Below, one piece after another: positions 37,055 through 43,617 of a stretch of DNA of 43,617 nucleotides. The notes beneath the pieces were generated by a model. The model saw nothing but the letters and a program-made list of their open reading frames with translations. It was not told the DNA's origin and did no database searches. Made by a program: the position numbers and the translations under genes. Numbering within the stretch: the first letter of the stretch is position 1; every line of letters starts with the position of its first letter. Source of the DNA: Intoshia linei (taxonomy: Eukaryota; Animalia; Orthonectida); assembly GCA_001642005.1 (NCBI GenBank), contig LWCA01000180.1, positions 1 through 43,617 of the forward strand, written 5' to 3'.

Positions 37055-38020
37055 ATGGATTTTCAACCTTTTTGTACCATCGTGCTATAATAAAAAAAAT
37101 AATTTTTTCAAGATTATCACTCCCTAACAACGTTTATTATGGACTCTTTAATAATTAAAAAATATTAACTATTAAAATTAAATTTAAAAAAATCAAAAAT
37201 TTTTCATCTAATTTTTGATATTATAGTAATTTATATAGTATAGGTTATATTTAACAGAATTTTTTGAATTTAGCAAATTTTTTGTTTGTTAAAGTTGACT
37301 TATACTTTTTTAGTAATAATATTTTTATTAGACTTTTCAGAAATAACTTTGCGCATCGAGATGTGTGCCTAAAAAAAATTTGTTGTTATCTTTTTTTGCT
37401 AAAATAGACATTTTAAGCGATTAACTTTAATAATTTTATCCAAATCAAAGATTCATTAAAAAAATGAATACTAAAGTGCTTTTTTGACCATGAAGGCGTC
37501 ACTTAATCAGATTGACATTTTTTGTGTGTTAACTGTATCATTCGTAATTTGTTTTAAATTATAGAGCTGTTTTCATTTTAAAAAAAGGCTATTCTGCGCT
37601 TTGAACGTGAAAATTACCTTTTTTGATGTTACCATTTATGATAATGCTTATGAATTTAAAAACCATTCCAGAATTTATGTTGTATAAAATTATAAGACTT
37701 TTTAAATTTTAAGAAAAAAGGGTAATTTAAGGTTTTGGTCGTGAATATATAAGATTTTGAAATTGAAAATTATCATAATATTGATGAATTTAAAACTTTT
37801 AATTAGAATATGTAATTTTTATAATTCTAGAACGGGTTTGACTTTAAAAACAAAGGACAATTGCGGTTTTTAACCTTGAAGGACTCAACTTCTGAAATTG
37901 AAATTTGCGATAAAACATCTCTGAAAAAAAAATTATAAGAATAAGTAATTTGTAAAACTCAACTCCCTTTACTTTCTTTAATATACTGGAACAAATAAAT
38001 AAACAGACATACATACTGTA
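37055..38020. repeat. Truncated Charlie MITE (same family as 41536-41907) abutting a reverse module A copy
   Basis: 37055-37410 shares GAATTTAGCAAATTTTTTG.TTGTTAA.GTTGACTT with 41650-41690; 37440-38020 is the reverse complement of 3950-4455. Confidence 0.8.
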
Positions 38021-38151
38021 CATTTTTAACTATTTTATTTTATATAAATAAAGATTCTGAATTAATTTTTGAGTAGAATTAAAAAAGTCCGCCCTCGGGA
38101 GAGCTAGATACTTTTTATGCAAAGTACATAACAGCCAAGTCAATTAGTTAA

Positions 38152-38811
38152 TTATACAATAAAAAATAGTTTACAATAAATATACATTACTTTATAATCA
38201 CATGTGTTTGAATTGTACGCGGGAACGGATTTTTTAATCGAATTAGAAGAAATGGATCTTTGAAAACGTGCACACGCCTTGCCAGAATTGTTACTTAAAA
38301 GAGTTTGTGAGTATTGACTTTTGTTATAATTGGGTGTAGTGAAACAAACATAATTAGACTCTAGAGAGTTTTTATCAAGATTGTTATAATTTCTCGTGCA
38401 CTCGAAGCAAGATTTTTGTTTAGTTTTTGTTTGTCTATTAGAACTAGGTAAGGTTGAGATAAACTTTGAATATTCTGGATAATGATCCGTCGGGGTTATG
38501 CCGGTATTATTTCTAAATCTCTTCTTTTTGTGAAGTTTATTTATAGCTGCATATTGATCGGTACCAACATAGTTTACAGAATGATCGTCATTTGATTGAT
38601 TATGTTGCAGTAATATTCTTCTAAATAAAAGGTTTACAAATTAAAAATTACATTATAAAGAGATTAAAGGATTCAAATGGTACCTTTGAACAGGTAAAGT
38701 TCCAATACGCCTAAAATTTGATTTATCCGTTTGAACGATTTCGACACAGCGATGAGACTTACACTTTGCGGTATAAGGAGAAGCTTTACCAGTATTGTCA
38801 TTGAAATCCAT
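38152..38811 (-). CDS. Orphan spliced ORF (~190 aa), absent from the ORF track
   Basis: Exon 38811-38684 (MDFNDNTGKASPYTAKCKSHRCVEIV...), a 63-nt GT-AG intron in matching phase, then about 155 stop-free codons from 38620. A further donor is possible at 38190, so both ends are uncertain. Confidence 0.65.
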
Positions 38812-39969
38812 AAATCGTAAATTTTTATTTTCAAATAAAAAGAAAAAATGGTAATGGATTAGCTAAATTAAATTAATCAATTCAGTCAACACATATAAAT
38901 TTTAAAATAATAAAAAGTACAATGAAAGGTAATGTGCAATACTTTAATTACACCTCTTATTATTGTTTCAATAGAGTAAAAATAATATAGAATTGAAAAT
39001 GGGTCACTAATTAATATATAAAAATGTAGACAACTAACTAAAAAATACAAAATACAAAATAAAAATTTGGAATCAAATAAATTTATCGTATTGACAATTA
39101 TAAATTTTATAAATGGCGAAATGAATTATTTGATACCATAAAATTTGGTTCATAATTAGTGAAATTTGATATGTTTACCAATTCAAAGTGTATATTGGTG
39201 AGCCGAAATAAATTGTACTTATAATAAAAATTATATGCCACTATCATATACCATCCCAATCAAAATGTCATAAATCCTTAACCCTTTATGAATTGTAGTG
39301 TAGTTGCAAACATTGTTATACAGAAAATCATAAACAGATTGTTAACATTGTAAAAACAACAAATGACAAAAATACAAGTGACAATTACATAATAAATAAG
39401 TTTACCTCAATTCGCAAATAGTAAACACCAATATTGTCAAATGTGACACATTTCCTTACACTGTAAACAAGTAATCAATTGAGCGAAAATGAAAGAATAT
39501 GCAATACCGAGAGGTAGAATTCATTAGTGATTGTCACGAGCTTTTGTTTTATCAAATGCTTGTCTAGCCATTTACCATCAAGTATTATATGACTGTAAAT
39601 CATCAATTATGCTAATTTACTCTGCCGACATAATAATTTTAATTTCAAACATTCAATGCACTCGAATATCTATAACTGAGATCCCTAGAGTAAAGCTTTT
39701 AACGACAATCAATTTCATTTTCTTAAGCTAAAGTTTAGCCCATTGTATTTGTCAATTTCGCAAAAATCAATGTTTATTATTCATAACAGATTTTATAACT
39801 TTAAATGTATTGATTTTCAATTATCGTAATGATTAATTACAATTTATGTAAATTAACTCGAAATTCTCAAGAAAACTATAAATTAATTCAAAAAATAAAA
39901 TATATATTGTAAAATAAAGTAAATTTTCAATTTAAAAAAACAAAAAATGTAAAATAAATTTACCTCAAA

Positions 39970-41418
39970 ATGAAAAACGTGAAATACGAGACAGTTTTAT
40001 CTTGCTTTATAAAATTTTACCGTCACACTTTGAAAATTCCATCAAATGTTGTTTTAAAAGAAATAAAACCCTTAAACATTGAACAATGGAAAAATTACAA
40101 TGACATTATTTTGTCAAGTAAAATTATCAAGAAAAACACATGGCCAATGATATTATTGAGACAAGTCCAAGATAAAAATTACAAATTTTCAAAAAATTTA
40201 AATATATCTATACAAAATAGTGAAATTTCCCAAACTGTACTATACAAAGCAATATATTTTCAGAGTCTTGACCCAAATTCTGATTCGAATCGATTTTTAT
40301 TTAAAAATTTTATAAACACCCTTAAATGTTCAGATTTAAATGTTATTGAATTGGACCACATTTGGAAAACGATATCTATGTATAAAGACATTTATTTAGA
40401 CTACAAATACTTGGATAATTTTGCAAATGACACTTTATCTTTATTAAAATTACACCATCAGTATTATCAAGGATCTATATATGTTTCCATGGCGTCAGTT
40501 TTTATTTCAAACCCTGAAAAATCTTTATCAATTACTGAAAATGCTTTAATTTGCAAATCGCGTGTTCAACCGTTTCTAGAAATTTTTCTCCAAAACCAAA
40601 CACCCCTTTCCATAATTGACAAATTTTTCGCAATGTGCAAGAAATATCAATATACATTCAATGTTGATGATGCTATTATTATTGTAAACTTTTTTTCAGA
40701 AAAGTGCTATTCGTTTGAGATGATGCATTTACCATCAAACTTGACATGCCCATTTTGCAAAAATTCTCTTTCTCAGTTGGAACCAATTGGAAATTTTTCT
40801 AGTTTAATTTCACAAGTTGACAAAATTGCAATGTCAAATCAATTTAGCAAGTTTTATGATACTAGTCCCGATCAATGGCGCAAATTTAAAACTTTTTTAT
40901 CTCCAAAACGTTTTCATGTTGTCGTTGATGGACTCAATATTATTCAAACTTTCAAACTAAGAAATTGTGAAACTGTTATAAAGGTAATTTAGTGGAGTCA
41001 TTCTCAACGTTCGAGTGGATTCATGGATCCCAAAAATTGAGATTTAATAACTTTTTTTTTTTAATTATTAATATCATTTTAGATTTAGTTTAATTTAGTA
41101 GTCAATACTGTAATATGTCTCAACTGGTACATCTCAGATCAATCTAAATCCGGTCAATGTAAAATTTTTGTGAATTTTAACAAAGTTGACTTTACGGTAG
41201 CCGTCCACTGTTTGACAGTTGAGAATGTCTGATTTATTTATTGTACAAGTTTTTCATATTATTATTTAATAGTTTCATCAGAATCTCCAACATTTATTGA
41301 CATCTAAACTTGGCATTCTGAAACCAAATATATTGTATATATTTCGACAACATGCTCAGAGTTATATTAGGAAATGTCGTTTACCTTTGAATGCAACCAC
41401 TTTTTATGTTCAAAACAC
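39970..41418 (+). CDS. PRORP: Protein-only RNase P catalytic subunit (mitochondrial MRPP3), 5' exons
   Basis: Exon 39970-40983 has a helical N-terminal region, the Zn-ligand CPFC and DTSPDQWRKFKTFLSPKRFHVVVDGLNI (NYN motif). Exon 41273-41418 (ILYIFRQH...TTFYVQNT) is in phase. I did not find the exon with the catalytic DD pair in the window. Confidence 0.88.
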
Positions 41419-41535
41419 GTAATAAACGCATTAATTAAAAAATTAAAATAAAATGTAGATATTTAAAAAAACTGTCGTAGAATTTGTTTTTTTTAAATTT
41501 TAAGAAAAGGGAAATAATCGGCTTTTGATCTAGAT

Positions 41536-41907
41536 TAGGTATTCTCAACCTTTTCGAACCATCGCCTCTTAAACTAAAAAGATTTTAATCTAATGTTGGG
41601 CGTTGTAATAATTTATGATATATCTAAGGTCTTATTTAATAGACTTTTGGAATTTAGCAAATTTTTTGCTTGTTAAGGTTGACTTTTTCTTTTTTTGACA
41701 ATAATATTTTTATTTTGACTTTGGAGAAATAATTGCGCATCAAGCTTTTTTACTAAAAAATTTTTATTTGTTTTTTTAAAATTGACATAATAGTCTGGCA
41801 TAAATATTTAATACAAATTACAAATTTATAAGGAAATTATAAATTATTCATTTATTTTGAAAAAAATCTCCCAAAATTGGCGATATCGCCCAGGTTGAGA
41901 ATCCCTG
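41536..41907. mobile_element. hAT-Charlie MITE in a PRORP intron
   Basis: TIRs TAGGTATTCTCAACC / GGTTGAGAATCCCTG and a perfect 8-bp TSD ATCTAGAT (Charlie-type NTCTAGAN target). Confidence 0.93.
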
Positions 41908-42400
41908 ATCTAGATCTTTGTTTATATTAATTTTTTCATTAAAATTCTGTTTAATTTACTGAGTGTAAAAATATGTAAATGAGGAGACATCATTTTCATC
42001 CTCCTAACAAAATTGTGGTAATTATGAATAATATTGATTCAATATTGTAACTTGAAATTGACCATTTTTACCAACAGTAATTTTTATTGAAATAAAGCCC
42101 AGTACAGTTAAATATAAATTTTAGTTGCAAATTTGGTTTTCTAAAATTTAAATTCATAATCTTGGACACCCCACATCAACCATGTCAACTTTAAAAAATA
42201 TAATTATTGGCAATTAAAAAAAATTATTAATTATGTTTAAATGTTTTAAAGTGTCTTAGAATAGGGTGAAAATAGAAAATCCTGGTTATAATGCATCATT
42301 TAGTTTAATATTATTTATACATTTTTCTTTGAGTGAATTTATATTTTTTCATCAGTTACTGCATTGCACTGACTTACAGTATGCAATGTATATTATAAAC

Positions 42401-43500
42401 CAGTGGTTTTCAACGGTGGGCGAATGGCCCCCTTGGGAGCGATTTTTCTATTTTATTTCACAATACATAATTTAAAAAAATTAATAACAAATAATCTCTA
42501 AAAAGAGTTAATATATTATAGATTTGTTAAAATTTTAACATTAATAGAATTTTTTAATTAATCGATATTTAAGAGTATATTTAAAATAATATTTATATAT
42601 TGATAATTTATAATTATAAATTATTTTAATACTTCGTCAATTTTTATAACAGTGTGTTAAGCTTTTTTACTTCAAGTTGCACCTGTGAAATAAATAAAAA
42701 TTTAGGAGCCCTTAAATTTTGATAAGAAAAAAACATATACTAAATTATATACAACAGAGGTTCTCAACCGTTTTTTAGAATCGCACACTAAGCCCATAAT
42801 ACTCATATATTTTTTTAAATCGCCACCTCCATGAATTATTATTAATAAAAAAGTTGTTACTGTTACTCAATTTTTGAAAGAACCAATAATCTTAAAAAAA
42901 TTGTAATATTATTCTTTAAATATATAAAAATGAATGTTTGTGTGTGTAACCATTTATTGAAAACATTAACAGTCGCAGGATTTAAAAAACTCAATTTCTA
43001 ATACAGTTTTTACTAGGACGTGTTTTTATCCATTTTTCAGTTCAGAATTTGATTCCTTCAGGGTCAAAAACACAATTTTCCATTTTGTTTAAAAAAAATC
43101 AACCCAAAAATTTAATAAAACATACATTCTGGAAAGCGTTTTGAAAGTATTAATATTGTCGTTAATCTCAGCCTCAGAAACGCATACCTTCATGGTCAAA
43201 ACCTCAAATTACCCTTTGTTTTAAAAATGAAACATGTCTTGAAATTTTTTTAAGACACAACAAATTTCAATCTGAATCAGTGACGCTTTTACGTTCAAAA
43301 AAGTACTTTAATATTATTTTTTTTATTTCGAAACTATTTTATTAAAACAAAACATTTTTAATAATTAATGGTCCTACAGTAAAAAAAGAAGAGATTATTC
43401 TGATAGAGCTTATTCCATTTAATATAAATACAAAATTTGAATCCCAGACAGTTTATACATTCCCGTTGAAAAATAATTTTTAATATATATTTTAATTTAT
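42401..43500 (+). mobile_element. Two further hAT-Charlie left ends (42401, 42756) followed by module A
   Basis: CAGTGGTTTTCAACGGTGGG and CAGAGGTTCTCAACCG termini; 42990-43490 is collinear with module A. Confidence 0.7.
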
Positions 43501-43617
43501 TATTAACAAATTTTTTACATTTTCAATAAAGAAATATTGATGAAAATCTATATAATTCATTTATTCGCAATTTTTAATTCTCATTTTCAAAACATTTTGT
43601 TTAAAATTTAAATTAAA

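Overview
Very AT-rich, gene-dense animal genomic DNA, not prokaryotic. Most GT-AG introns are 35-60 nt, and a few long introns are packed with DNA-transposon derivatives. This architecture resembles a reduced parasitic metazoan such as an orthonectid (inference only). The ORF track fragments nearly every gene, so I rebuilt exon chains by eye. Left to right: a dead Tc1/mariner (DUF4817-type) transposase inside an RBM28 intron; RBM28/Nop4 (-); a TLC-domain (TLCD3/FAM57-like) pseudogene (-); a p107/p130-like retinoblastoma gene (-); an Olig-family bHLH (+); CLASRP (-); a probable decayed ORF; a MAP7/ensconsin-like coiled-coil gene (+); RGS22-like (+); a type II membrane protein with tandem C1q-like domains (-); an orphan spliced ORF missing from the track (-); and PRORP/MRPP3 (+, running out of the window). 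Best leads: (1) satellite-like cargo modules shared between MITEs with unrelated ends; (2) a MULE-like element with Tigger and Charlie MITEs nested in it; (3) a candidate intronic H/ACA snoRNA in RBM28; (4) an H3-tail-like MVRTK N-terminus and a perfect E2F site at the RB-like gene; (5) TGACA clusters at gene 5' ends. I found no system I can show to be new from sequence alone.
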